This document shows positions 15,665 to 24,652 of a stretch of 30,841 bases of DNA, piece after piece. Every line of letters starts with the position of its first letter. Positions within the stretch are counted from its first letter, which is position 1. The stretch is from a virus. Below the pieces are notes generated by a model. The model saw only the letters and a list, made by a program, of their open reading frames with translations, ran no database searches and was not told where the DNA came from. Made by a program: the position numbers and the translations under genes. The DNA is taken from IMG/VR virus record IMGVR_UViG_3300037502_001833, positions 1-30,841 of that record. One strand, written 5' to 3'.

Positions 15665-16111
15665 ATGCCAACGCCATTGCTCGCCTCAGAGGCGACACTC
15701 AAAGTCAGTTTTGGAACAGACTCGCAGCTCGGCGCATCGCCGACGCCGGCGACGCCCAGCACCACATACCAGTGCCAGGCAAAATCAATCCGCGCCTCGG
15801 TGCAATCCAGCACGATCGACCTCAGTGTCCTGTGCTCGACCACGGTCGAGACGCTGGCCACCCGCAAAACGGGCTCGCTCGAGATGGAGGTCTACGTCGA
15901 CAAAACCAACGGTCCCGTGTTTCAGCCCAAAGTCGGATTTTTGTGCAAGGTCGAATTGGACCTTGACGGTGCCGGCAGCGTCGGTGCGAACAAAATCACG
16001 TACAACGGTCTGGTGACCGATGTCGCGATCAACGAAACGCCCGGCGAGGTCGCGACCGAAAACGTCACGATTAGCCTCGGTGGATTCGGATTCACCGCTG
16101 TCACGGCCTAA
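15665..16111 (+). CDS. Major tail protein, 148 aa.
   Basis: AGGAG lies upstream of the start. The gene sits between the tail-terminator-like gene and the G/GT chaperone pair, and its size is typical of small siphovirus tube proteins. Confidence 0.7.
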   Translation: MPTPLLASEATLKVSFGTDSQLGASPTPATPSTTYQCQAKSIRASVQSSTIDLSVLCSTTVETLATRKTGSLEMEVYVDKTNGPVFQPKVGFLCKVELDLDGAGSVGANKITYNGLVTDVAINETPGEVATENVTISLGGFGFTAVTA

Positions 16112-16126
16112 CAGGAGATTGAGCTG

Positions 16127-16513
16127 ATGGGACTCAAGAAAATCGACGGGCTGGTGCGCGAGCGCCGGCCCGTCCTTGAAATAGATCTCTCTCGGTTTAC
16201 CGGCGAGACGTACATACTAAGATTTTCAGAACCTCGGGCTGCCGATATGTTCCCTAACTGGGACTTGAAGAAGGAACTAAAGATTGCCTTCCCGGAGTTT
16301 CCCTACGAGATGATCGATCAAATTATCTTGTTAGGTCGAACTTACGTCCTCGATCAGGATGATACGGAAGTAAATCCTATCCGTACCTTTGCGAACCTCG
16401 CTCGCAATCATCGTGATGTCTTCATTCACGTTCTTACCTCGCACTATCAGGCTTTCCAGCAAGGTGAGGTTGAGCGCGGGGTAGCCGAAGCAAAAAACGC
16501 CTTCGCGGAGTAG
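16127..16513 (+). CDS. Tail assembly chaperone (G-like), 128 aa.
   Basis: It lies directly upstream of the tape measure gene and contains a slippery heptamer near its 3' end. Confidence 0.8.
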   Translation: MGLKKIDGLVRERRPVLEIDLSRFTGETYILRFSEPRAADMFPNWDLKKELKIAFPEFPYEMIDQIILLGRTYVLDQDDTEVNPIRTFANLARNHRDVFIHVLTSHYQAFQQGEVERGVAEAKNAFAE

Positions 16514-16683
16514 CCGGGGAATACCTGCTCTACTCCGTTACCCGTTTGGGGCGTCATCCTGTCGAGACCGATTTGACGTTGTCGGAAATGTTCGACGTTA
16601 TATGGGCTGGTCGAGAGGCTGACAAAATGGAGAATCAACGCTGGGAAGCGTTGATAAAATCGATTGCCGGGAGGGTTCTCTGA
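16127..16683 (+). CDS. Tail assembly chaperone frameshift product (GT-like), ~185 aa, made by a -1 shift at 16492-16498.
   Basis: The -1 frame is open from 16474 to TGA 16681-16683 and encodes ...EYLLYSVTRLGRHPVETDLTLSEMFDVIWAGREADKMENQRWEALIKSIAGRVL. Its stop overlaps the tape measure ATG. Confidence 0.7.
16492..16537 (+). promoter_or_regulatory. Programmed -1 ribosomal frameshift signal: slippery site plus stimulatory hairpin.
   Basis: A_AAA_AAC lies in the zero frame at 16492-16498. After a 7-nt spacer comes an 8-bp stem, CGGAGTAG (16506-16513) with CTACTCCG (16530-16537). Confidence 0.7.
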
Positions 16684-18260
16684 TGGCATTGTCCGAACTG
16701 GTTATCCGTCTAGCCGCGAAAGGCGGCGACGATGTCAAACGTGAACTGGAGAAAACCAAAAAGGCCCTGCGGGAAACTGCCGGTTCGGCTGATTTCCTGG
16801 TCGATGCGTTGGAAGAGATCAATATCGGCGGCAAGTCGTTGCTCGATGTCTACGCTGGCGTTACGACGCGTATGGGCTCATTCATGGCGGCAATAGGTCC
16901 AGTCGGCGGCGCCGCATTGGGAGCGGCTGGAGCGGTCATGGGCCTTGGTGCGGCTATCGTCGGTTTGACAGCCGAGGCCTATAAATTTGGGTTCAATAGC
17001 CGACAGGCCGGTATCGAGTTTGAATCGATGCAACGTCGACTGGAGGGCCTTACCGGATCGGCAGACCGTGCCAGGTCTATTCTCGCGATGGCGAAAAAAG
17101 AGGCCGGTCCGTCGATGTTTACAACGCAACAGTTGGAACAGGCTAGCGTCATGCTCGCCGCGTATGGCATGAACGTAGAACGTACCATCCCGCTTATTAC
17201 CCGTTTGGGACAGGCCTTCGGAGCCGACCAGGAGCATATGATGATGTATGCCCGTGCATTCGGGCAACTGGCTGGCGGCAAAATGCCCGAAGCCGAGGTA
17301 ATGAGCCAGATGGGTATTTCCAAAGGCGAACTGGCACAGCAGGGAATTAAGTTCGACTCCCAGGGCGCGTTGCTATCGTCGGCTGAGGAAACGTTGACGG
17401 CATTCGAAAAACTGGTCTACAAAAAATTCGACGGAGCCTACCGAGCATCGGCGACGACGTCCGAGGCGATGAGGGCTTCAATCCAGGACTCGTTCGAAGG
17501 CATACAGCGTGCGTTCGGTATGGTCGTAAACGACGGCATGAAACCATTCGAAAAAGCGTTTGGTGAAATGCTTGGTTTGATTTCGCAATCCGATTTCGCG
17601 AAGGTCGTCGCAATGGATATGATGCGACCGTTGACGTTGTTGTCTGGCGCGTTGAACGACGCTCAGGATTCGTTCGCTCTTTTTGTCAGCGGACTCGCGG
17701 CAACAGTAACCATTATTCCGGCGATGATTTCGAGGACCATCGAAGCATTTCAAGCGTTACAAACTGGCAATCTTAAGCAGAAGGCTTTGGCGATTTTGCA
17801 ACTCCGTAGTGGGCTGGGCGGCGCATTTGCCTTGGCAGGAAAAGATTTTGCTTCTCGATTCAAAGACTATTACACGATACTGAAATACCAACAGCCCGTA
17901 AACGACGTCGATACCAGTCAAATGACTAAGCCCTGGGGGGGACCTCCAAAACTACCCGGCGACGAAAAGGACAAAAAGCACAAAGAGAAGGTGGAGAAGA
18001 GCCTCGACCGAATCAGCAACAACACCCGCAAATCGGCTGACCTGCTCGATCTGCGCAACCAGACGATCGGCGGTGGGCGGCTCGCCGGGCTGGGCATCAC
18101 CGGTCCCGAATTCGCCGGCATGGGTATGCGCGTGCAGTCTGATTTCAGCCGGGCGAAACCTATCAGCGCCGACACAATGGTCAATCGAGGGATTAAAACG
18201 ATGATCCAGAACAACCTCGGGTTTGCCGTCAACGGCGGCAGATCGATGCCGGTACGCTGA
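16683..18260 (+). CDS. Tape measure protein, 525 aa.
   Basis: It follows the chaperone pair. The sequence is long and helical with a hydrophobic Gly/Ala block (AIGPVGGAALGAAGAVMGLGAAIVGL) and a TMP-like core (FTTQQLEQASVMLAAYGM). Confidence 0.85.
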   Translation: MALSELVIRLAAKGGDDVKRELEKTKKALRETAGSADFLVDALEEINIGGKSLLDVYAGVTTRMGSFMAAIGPVGGAALGAAGAVMGLGAAIVGLTAEAYKFGFNSRQAGIEFESMQRRLEGLTGSADRARSILAMAKKEAGPSMFTTQQLEQASVMLAAYGMNVERTIPLITRLGQAFGADQEHMMMYARAFGQLAGGKMPEAEVMSQMGISKGELAQQGIKFDSQGALLSSAEETLTAFEKLVYKKFDGAYRASATTSEAMRASIQDSFEGIQRAFGMVVNDGMKPFEKAFGEMLGLISQSDFAKVVAMDMMRPLTLLSGALNDAQDSFALFVSGLAATVTIIPAMISRTIEAFQALQTGNLKQKALAILQLRSGLGGAFALAGKDFASRFKDYYTILKYQQPVNDVDTSQMTKPWGGPPKLPGDEKDKKHKEKVEKSLDRISNNTRKSADLLDLRNQTIGGGRLAGLGITGPEFAGMGMRVQSDFSRAKPISADTMVNRGIKTMIQNNLGFAVNGGRSMPVR

Positions 18261-18261
18261 T

Positions 18262-21018
18262 ATGTCACGACGCATCCGAGTGCTCGTCGACGTTCCGGAG
18301 CCACGGCCCGTCAAAGGCCGGCTCGCCGTGGGTGCCGACGGCTCGACCTGGGATTACCGCCCGGGCACGACCGCCAGCAACGTCTGGATTGATCCCTGCA
18401 CCAGCACAGTCATGCTCGCGCCGTTGCCGGTCACTGGCGCATGGGCGACGACGTTCAGCGGCAATTACGCTCGGTATGCGTACGCCGATTTCACAGGCAC
18501 AGACATCGGCAAATGGTCGGGATTCCACGTCAGCAAATCGACGTCCGATACCGCGATCCGCAACGATCAGGTCACCAGCGCGGCGATCGAGCTGACGACC
18601 AGTCTGTCGCGCAACACTCCGATGTGGTTCCGGTTCCACCGCAACGCGCCGCAGGACAGCTCGGACGCCATCCTGTTGTCGGCTCGTTACAATTACGGTG
18701 CGGCTGGATCTGCACCGGACAATTTTTCAATCGAGGTCAAATTCCGCGCCAACGGGTCGATATCAGTATTCAAAAACGGGAACCTTGAGGCCACCTACGA
18801 TCGCTCGGGCTCGAATTTCTCGAGCGCCCGCGCGTACACCAGCACGTACAATCCGACCAAACGATGGGTCAACGTGATGATCATCCCGTTTCGCACCCGG
18901 GAGCTGCTGGTCTGGACGGACAACGGCACGTGTTTCAGCCACACGTTCGAGGGCCTCGAGTATCCAAACGATCCAGCGGCGAATCCGATCACGCCGGCGG
19001 GCACGTTTTCGTTTGTCGTGCCGACCGAGAAAATCGGGCTCCAGGTCGCGCGGATCTATTTCGAGACATCGGGCTACATCATGGGTGCGCTCAAATCCCT
19101 GCGGTACGCACCGTCGAGCGGGGAGTGGGGCACGCCGACATACCAAACGTACAGCGACAATTTCGGGGCCGGCGCGACCATGCCGACCATCACGACCAGT
19201 GTGGTTGACGGGGCGTCACCGTTCAGCGCGTTCAGCGCCAACGGCTCAAAAACCGACGTGCGCATCAAGGTGGCGTGGTCTGGCAGCACAGCCGGGTGCA
19301 ACGCCGGCGTATACTGCGCGGACGCATGGTCGGACCCGACACCAACGACGACCTACGACGGCACGATCGACATTACCGACGCCATCACATCGCTGTCGAT
19401 GGAGACCGGCGAGGACGGCCGCACCACGCTGTCGATGTCTGCCAGGATCAAACGGCTGATCGACAAATCGGTGCCGAACCTCAGCCAGACCGGCGACCGA
19501 CCGATTGCCGTGCAGATCAGTTCGCCCAAAACAGGCGCGTCATGGGTCGATCTGTTTCGCGGGACACTGTCGCCGCCCGAGATCGTGTACGAAACAGGCG
19601 CGGACCCGTACACGTACGGCACGATGGAGTTCCGCGGGGTCGATCGATACGGCGACCTCGACGTCACGATGTTTCCAGAGTCGGTGCCTAACGACAACAA
19701 CACGATCGCTCAGTTTCTGGATCGCGTGTTGCCCGTCGCCGGTTACGACCGAGCGACCTATGTCGACGAAAATTACACGACCGGTTTCACATTGCCGTTC
19801 AGCGCCGACATGAGCCGAGGCAACTACTCGATGGTGCCAAAACGCGCCGATTATGTCGGCGGATACATCAACCAGTACCGCGACGAGTATTTGGCGACGT
19901 GGTATCTGGGCTGGCGACCGACCAGCGCCACATCGCCGACTGGCGGGTACAAATTCCAAATCAGCGATCCTGACGATGTCGGCAACGACGCTCCGATCAC
20001 GCTGTACCAGTCGTATGCCGATGCCCAGCTCTGGGGCGGCTATCTGGGGTACGAGGCGACGCAAAAAACGATCAGATCGATGCGTCGATATTACGAATCG
20101 CCCGAGGCGAATCAGGTCACGGTCGTCGGGCAGGACCCGAAAACCAATCGCCTGCTCACCAAAACGACGATCAACCTCAACAGCCAGATACCGGGCACGG
20201 CACCGGGGTCGAGGCCCGACAACTGGCGAGGTCGACCGATCCAGTACATTTTGACGAATGAGAATCTGACGACACAGGACGCGGTCGATTCGGCTGCCGA
20301 CCTGCTGTACAAACGGCTCGGCACCGGGCGGTACATGATCGAATGGGAGTCCGACCTGCTCACATATTTCGACCCGGCGGCGATCAAATCGCTGATGCGT
20401 CCGACGGCGACGATCACGGTCACCAACGGCAATGCGACCATATCCTGCGTCAACCAATACGCCGACGGCACACGGCTCAAACTGACGACGACGATCGGCA
20501 ATCTCACGGCCGGCACCGAATATTTCGTGGTCAACCGCACTGCCACCGGATTCGGGCTGGCGACAACATCGGGCGGGTCGGCGATCACGCCCAGCGCCGG
20601 CGGCACCAGTGTCGTCTCGGCGTACTGGCTCGAGGCGAGCAACACGCTGTCGATCGGCGACACCGTCAAGGTCGAGCGCTCGCTCGGCGGTTTCGCCGCC
20701 GGCACGACCTATTACGTGGTCGCCCAGGACGTCAACAGTTACCAGCTGTCTGCGACGTCGGGCGGCTCGCCGATCGCTCCGACCGCGTACGGCTCGGTCA
20801 ATGTGTTCGACGGCGACCAGCATACCAATGTGGTCTGGATCGGCGATACTGTCGCGATCTCGTTGCCCGAGACCACGGTCGGCGTCGAGCCCGATCTGCT
20901 CGGAACGTACCAGATCATCGCGATTCCGCAGATTAGACTGGTGCGTGAATCGACCAGCGACGACGACCTGCACATCCGCAGTTGTGTGTACCGTGGCCTG
21001 TACAAGGCGCTCTCCTGA
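18262..21018 (+). CDS. Large tail-tip/hub protein, 918 aa.
   Basis: ATG 18262 lies 1 nt after the tape measure stop. The central block (...LFRGTLSPPEIVYE...MEFRGVDRYGDLDV...IAQFLDRVLPVAGYD) resembles hub/gpD-like folds. The C-terminal part has two ~45-aa repeats of the form G..AGT.Y.VV...........ATSGGS.I.P.A.G. Confidence 0.6.
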   Translation: MSRRIRVLVDVPEPRPVKGRLAVGADGSTWDYRPGTTASNVWIDPCTSTVMLAPLPVTGAWATTFSGNYARYAYADFTGTDIGKWSGFHVSKSTSDTAIRNDQVTSAAIELTTSLSRNTPMWFRFHRNAPQDSSDAILLSARYNYGAAGSAPDNFSIEVKFRANGSISVFKNGNLEATYDRSGSNFSSARAYTSTYNPTKRWVNVMIIPFRTRELLVWTDNGTCFSHTFEGLEYPNDPAANPITPAGTFSFVVPTEKIGLQVARIYFETSGYIMGALKSLRYAPSSGEWGTPTYQTYSDNFGAGATMPTITTSVVDGASPFSAFSANGSKTDVRIKVAWSGSTAGCNAGVYCADAWSDPTPTTTYDGTIDITDAITSLSMETGEDGRTTLSMSARIKRLIDKSVPNLSQTGDRPIAVQISSPKTGASWVDLFRGTLSPPEIVYETGADPYTYGTMEFRGVDRYGDLDVTMFPESVPNDNNTIAQFLDRVLPVAGYDRATYVDENYTTGFTLPFSADMSRGNYSMVPKRADYVGGYINQYRDEYLATWYLGWRPTSATSPTGGYKFQISDPDDVGNDAPITLYQSYADAQLWGGYLGYEATQKTIRSMRRYYESPEANQVTVVGQDPKTNRLLTKTTINLNSQIPGTAPGSRPDNWRGRPIQYILTNENLTTQDAVDSAADLLYKRLGTGRYMIEWESDLLTYFDPAAIKSLMRPTATITVTNGNATISCVNQYADGTRLKLTTTIGNLTAGTEYFVVNRTATGFGLATTSGGSAITPSAGGTSVVSAYWLEASNTLSIGDTVKVERSLGGFAAGTTYYVVAQDVNSYQLSATSGGSPIAPTAYGSVNVFDGDQHTNVVWIGDTVAISLPETTVGVEPDLLGTYQIIAIPQIRLVRESTSDDDLHIRSCVYRGLYKALS

Positions 21019-23903
21019 TGGCGACGTACATCGACCGCGACCGCAAAACGACAGTCACGGCACTGTGCTCATTCTCGCTCGCGCGATGGGTATTCCCGAG
21101 TGACGTTCCAACACCAGACCCGCTCGATGAGTATTTCCCGCTCGACATCGATTTCGCGTCAAACCAGCAGACAGCATCGGTCTACATTTACCCGGTCGCA
21201 TCAAGCTCTGGTCTCGGCTCGACATCCTGGACATGGGACATCAAGGCGGACATAACAGTCGTTAATGGTTTCGGCGCGAGCACGACATCGACGATCACTC
21301 TGGCATCTGGCACCGGTACCGCCGGCGAGGCGAGCACGGGCAAAACAGCTGTGGTCGGTGCGTGCACGGTGCAATTCGACGCGGAGATCGAGGACTCACG
21401 CATCCTGTGGGACATCACGCAATCGACGTTTGGCACAGTCGGCAGTGCCTATCCCGACATCGAATACCGGATGTACGAACAGGCCAAATCGGGCGCGACT
21501 GCAAAATCAAAAATCACATTCAACGGCCAAACGGTCACGGCATCTGGCACGGTCGGCACTGCGTCCGATCTGTCGCACAACCTCGACGTCAGCTGGGATT
21601 ACTGGAACAACACCAGCACGGCGCGCGAGTTCACTGTCAGCAACCAGTCGATGAACAGCCTGTCGATGTCAGGATCGATCCCGAGTTACACGCACTCGGC
21701 GCACAGCCAGACGGTTACAGCGACCCAGTCGACCGTCACCGGTATAAGCCCGCTTGACGGCCTGTACCGCATCACGGCAACGACCAGTTTTACGTTCAAA
21801 CGGGACATTACCCTGCGCGGACGAATCCACGCGTTCGGCAACAGTTATCCCGACAATCTGGACTGTCGGATCACCGGATTCGACGACGGCGGCGCGGGAT
21901 ACCGCGACATCACCGCGGTGAGCGGGAGCTACAACGAATCGGACACGTTTCGCAAAACGTCGATATCGACATCCATCATCAAACCGGATTCGACGACCTC
22001 GAATCAGTCGAGCAACGTCGACACGGTCCCGAGCTGGGTCTACGCGGACATCAAATCGGCGAGCCTGTCATCGCTCGGCGACGATACCGCCAACACCAAG
22101 ATGTACCTGCGCGGGTGGAGTTTTTCGGGCGCTAGCGTTTCACAGGCGGCGACGGTGGCTATCAGTACCGGCGTCACCACCGCGACCAGGACATTCGCCG
22201 CGCCCGGCACCGGCCTCAACTCGTATCGGTACCTGCGGGTGCAGCTCCGCAGGACGTCGGGCACCACGCGCACCGGCACGATATCGATCACGACCCAGCC
22301 GGGATCGGTGGTCAAATCATGGGATGTCTCGACCTCGAGCGGCACGTTCGAGTATGTCTACCTCGATCTCTGCTCACCGGACAACAAGAGTTCCACGATC
22401 GACGAGACCGATTCGCCATACCCGCGCATGAATCCCAGCGACACGACCAATGCCGGGCAGATGAGCGACGGCGACTACTGGGGCATCACCCGTGCCACCG
22501 AGATTGCGGTCACCGGCACGGCGATCGAGATGGGCGACATCCATCTGTCCAAATCGAGCGGTGCATCCGCATGGTGTACCGGGTACTGGATGCCCACGCG
22601 GACGTGGACCGCGCAAAAATTTACGTCGTTTGGTGGCAACACCCAGACCACCAACCGCCTGTACCACGGCCACACCGAGGGCAACAGCCAGACCGAGGAG
22701 GGCTGGGCGCTCTGGCAAACCAGCCCGTCGTCAAACGGTCTGATGACGATCACCGATTTCGTCAACGAGATGAACGCGACGGATGCCGGGGTGGTGCGCC
22801 ATCGCGGCTATACCTGCTCGGCATCGACCAGCAACACGAGCTCGACGTACATCCGCAACGGGTACGCCAACAGCATCGACGGCCATGCCATCTGGCTGGG
22901 AGGCATCACGCGCAAGCGCGGCGTCGGCGAAAAGGTCTGGATGGGCACCGACCAGAGCGACGGTGGCGCGGATGTGTCTGTCCTGGCGCAGACCATGTTC
23001 CGCAAAATCAACGGCGATTTTGTGCCCGACGCGTTCGATGCGTTCGAGCAGGAGGACTCCGGATCCCAGTACCTCTCGATGCTGGCGGTGAACTATGCGC
23101 GCGGGCGGGCGCACGGGCTGGTGCTCGGCACCAACACCGACCCGTTCGATCTCCAGACTGTCACGCTCAAGAAGGATGTCGGCGGGGCATCGCGTGGCTC
23201 GGGCCAGAGCAACAGCATCGGATCGTATTTCACCGGCCTCCCGTGCGGTCTCGGGCAGGTCGATCACGACATCGTCTGCGAAACTCTCGACACCAACGAT
23301 CCGCATCCGCTGTACACCGCCAAACAGTACCGGGCAGTGTTCAAGCTGCAATCGCCGGCTGGAACCGCATTGTCTGCCGATCGCAATCCGTTGTTGCAGC
23401 ACTATTACGCGACGCTCTCGAGCGGGACGGTTTCGCTTTGGCGAGCCGCCGGCCCGCTCGCGACGAGCTACACCGAGCGGGTGACCTCGCTCACCGGCAT
23501 CGCCGATCTGCATATGCGATGTCTGCATCCCGACCCGGCGCTGGGCATCGTGATGTTCGTGCGCGAAACAGGCGGGACGCTTAAACGGCAGTACACCGAC
23601 GACGAGGGAGCAACATTCGTGGCGACAACGATCAACAGCTCGGGCAACCAGCCGGCGTTTTGCGTCGATGATCTGGGGTCCGAATATTACATCTGGCGCA
23701 CATCGGGAGGCAACATCGAGGGCAAAATTTTGAGCGCCGCCGGCACGCAGGTCATGGGTGTCACAACACTCGTCACTGGTAATGTTGCGGATACGGCGAT
23801 CGATATATACGAGCGCCTGGACGATTTGTACATCGTGTACAACCACACGACCAACGGCATCACGGTCGTGCGATCGATCGACGGCGGGAGGACATACGCA
23901 TGA
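21018..23903 (+). CDS. Large tail-tip/receptor-binding protein with C-terminal Asp-box (BNR) motifs, 961 aa.
   Basis: TGATG overlap with the upstream stop. Asp-box-like motifs are TDDEGATF (~23589-23625) and SIDGGRTY (~23871-23900). The protein is Ser/Thr-rich. Confidence 0.6.
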   Translation: MATYIDRDRKTTVTALCSFSLARWVFPSDVPTPDPLDEYFPLDIDFASNQQTASVYIYPVASSSGLGSTSWTWDIKADITVVNGFGASTTSTITLASGTGTAGEASTGKTAVVGACTVQFDAEIEDSRILWDITQSTFGTVGSAYPDIEYRMYEQAKSGATAKSKITFNGQTVTASGTVGTASDLSHNLDVSWDYWNNTSTAREFTVSNQSMNSLSMSGSIPSYTHSAHSQTVTATQSTVTGISPLDGLYRITATTSFTFKRDITLRGRIHAFGNSYPDNLDCRITGFDDGGAGYRDITAVSGSYNESDTFRKTSISTSIIKPDSTTSNQSSNVDTVPSWVYADIKSASLSSLGDDTANTKMYLRGWSFSGASVSQAATVAISTGVTTATRTFAAPGTGLNSYRYLRVQLRRTSGTTRTGTISITTQPGSVVKSWDVSTSSGTFEYVYLDLCSPDNKSSTIDETDSPYPRMNPSDTTNAGQMSDGDYWGITRATEIAVTGTAIEMGDIHLSKSSGASAWCTGYWMPTRTWTAQKFTSFGGNTQTTNRLYHGHTEGNSQTEEGWALWQTSPSSNGLMTITDFVNEMNATDAGVVRHRGYTCSASTSNTSSTYIRNGYANSIDGHAIWLGGITRKRGVGEKVWMGTDQSDGGADVSVLAQTMFRKINGDFVPDAFDAFEQEDSGSQYLSMLAVNYARGRAHGLVLGTNTDPFDLQTVTLKKDVGGASRGSGQSNSIGSYFTGLPCGLGQVDHDIVCETLDTNDPHPLYTAKQYRAVFKLQSPAGTALSADRNPLLQHYYATLSSGTVSLWRAAGPLATSYTERVTSLTGIADLHMRCLHPDPALGIVMFVRETGGTLKRQYTDDEGATFVATTINSSGNQPAFCVDDLGSEYYIWRTSGGNIEGKILSAAGTQVMGVTTLVTGNVADTAIDIYERLDDLYIVYNHTTNGITVVRSIDGGRTYA

Positions 23904-24115
23904 GGCTCGGTCAAATTGGGCGCTGGGCGATACGCCAAGCGCTTGGTACCGTCAACGGCACCAGGCTCATCGCCATCATCGAGGCGATCCGTCCCGAGGA
24001 CATCGCTGCGCTCGAGCAGCTGCTCGACATCATCCGTCGCCGGCGCATTGTCGACATCCTGGACGACCTCACGATCCTCGAGCAGATCGACGGCATTGTC
24101 GGAGGCGATCGATGA
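23900..24115 (+). CDS. Small hypothetical protein, 71 aa.
   Basis: ATGA overlaps at both ends and high GC3. There is no TM segment. Confidence 0.6.
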   Translation: MRLGQIGRWAIRQALGTVNGTRLIAIIEAIRPEDIAALEQLLDIIRRRRIVDILDDLTILEQIDGIVGGDR

Positions 24116-24642
24116 GCAACAGACCGATCGCAATCGAGGCCGCACGGGCGGCGCTCGTCAACGTCGGAGTGACCGAGGTCGGTGACAACCGAGGGCAATG
24201 GGTCGAGGTTTACCAGAAGGCCGTCGGCATACCGCCCGGCTCGCCGTGGTGCGCTGCGTTTGTCCGATACCGTTTTGAGGCGGCGTCGGAAAAACTCGAT
24301 CGTGATCTGCCGTCGGCATTCCCAGACAGTGGCTGGGTGCCGAGTTACGTTGGCTGGGCGAAAACGGCTGGCCTCTGGATACCGCGCAGAACCGCTCAGG
24401 ATGACCATACACAGGTCCGACCGGGCGATCTGGCGTGTTACTGGTACGACGCGTCCCAGCGGTGCGCACACATCGGCATCGTCGTCGAGCCGGCGACAGC
24501 AGACGGATTTGTGACCGTCGAGGGCAACACCGGGCCCGATCGCGGTGTAGACGTCGAGCGGGATGGCGACGGCGTGTATCGCAAACGCCGGCGCTGGTCG
24601 TCGCTGGGCATCGGCGGAGGCATCATCCGCATCAACTGGTAG
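24112..24642 (+). CDS. Peptidoglycan hydrolase, CHAP / NlpC-P60-like (endolysin); 176 aa.
   Basis: The Cys motif is GSPWCAAFV, the His motif is CAHIGIVV, and VTVEGNT follows downstream. I chose ATG 24112 (ATGA overlap) over the longer track ORF start 23758. Confidence 0.8.
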   Translation: MSNRPIAIEAARAALVNVGVTEVGDNRGQWVEVYQKAVGIPPGSPWCAAFVRYRFEAASEKLDRDLPSAFPDSGWVPSYVGWAKTAGLWIPRRTAQDDHTQVRPGDLACYWYDASQRCAHIGIVVEPATADGFVTVEGNTGPDRGVDVERDGDGVYRKRRRWSSLGIGGGIIRINW

Positions 24643-24652
24643 GAGGTCGGCA

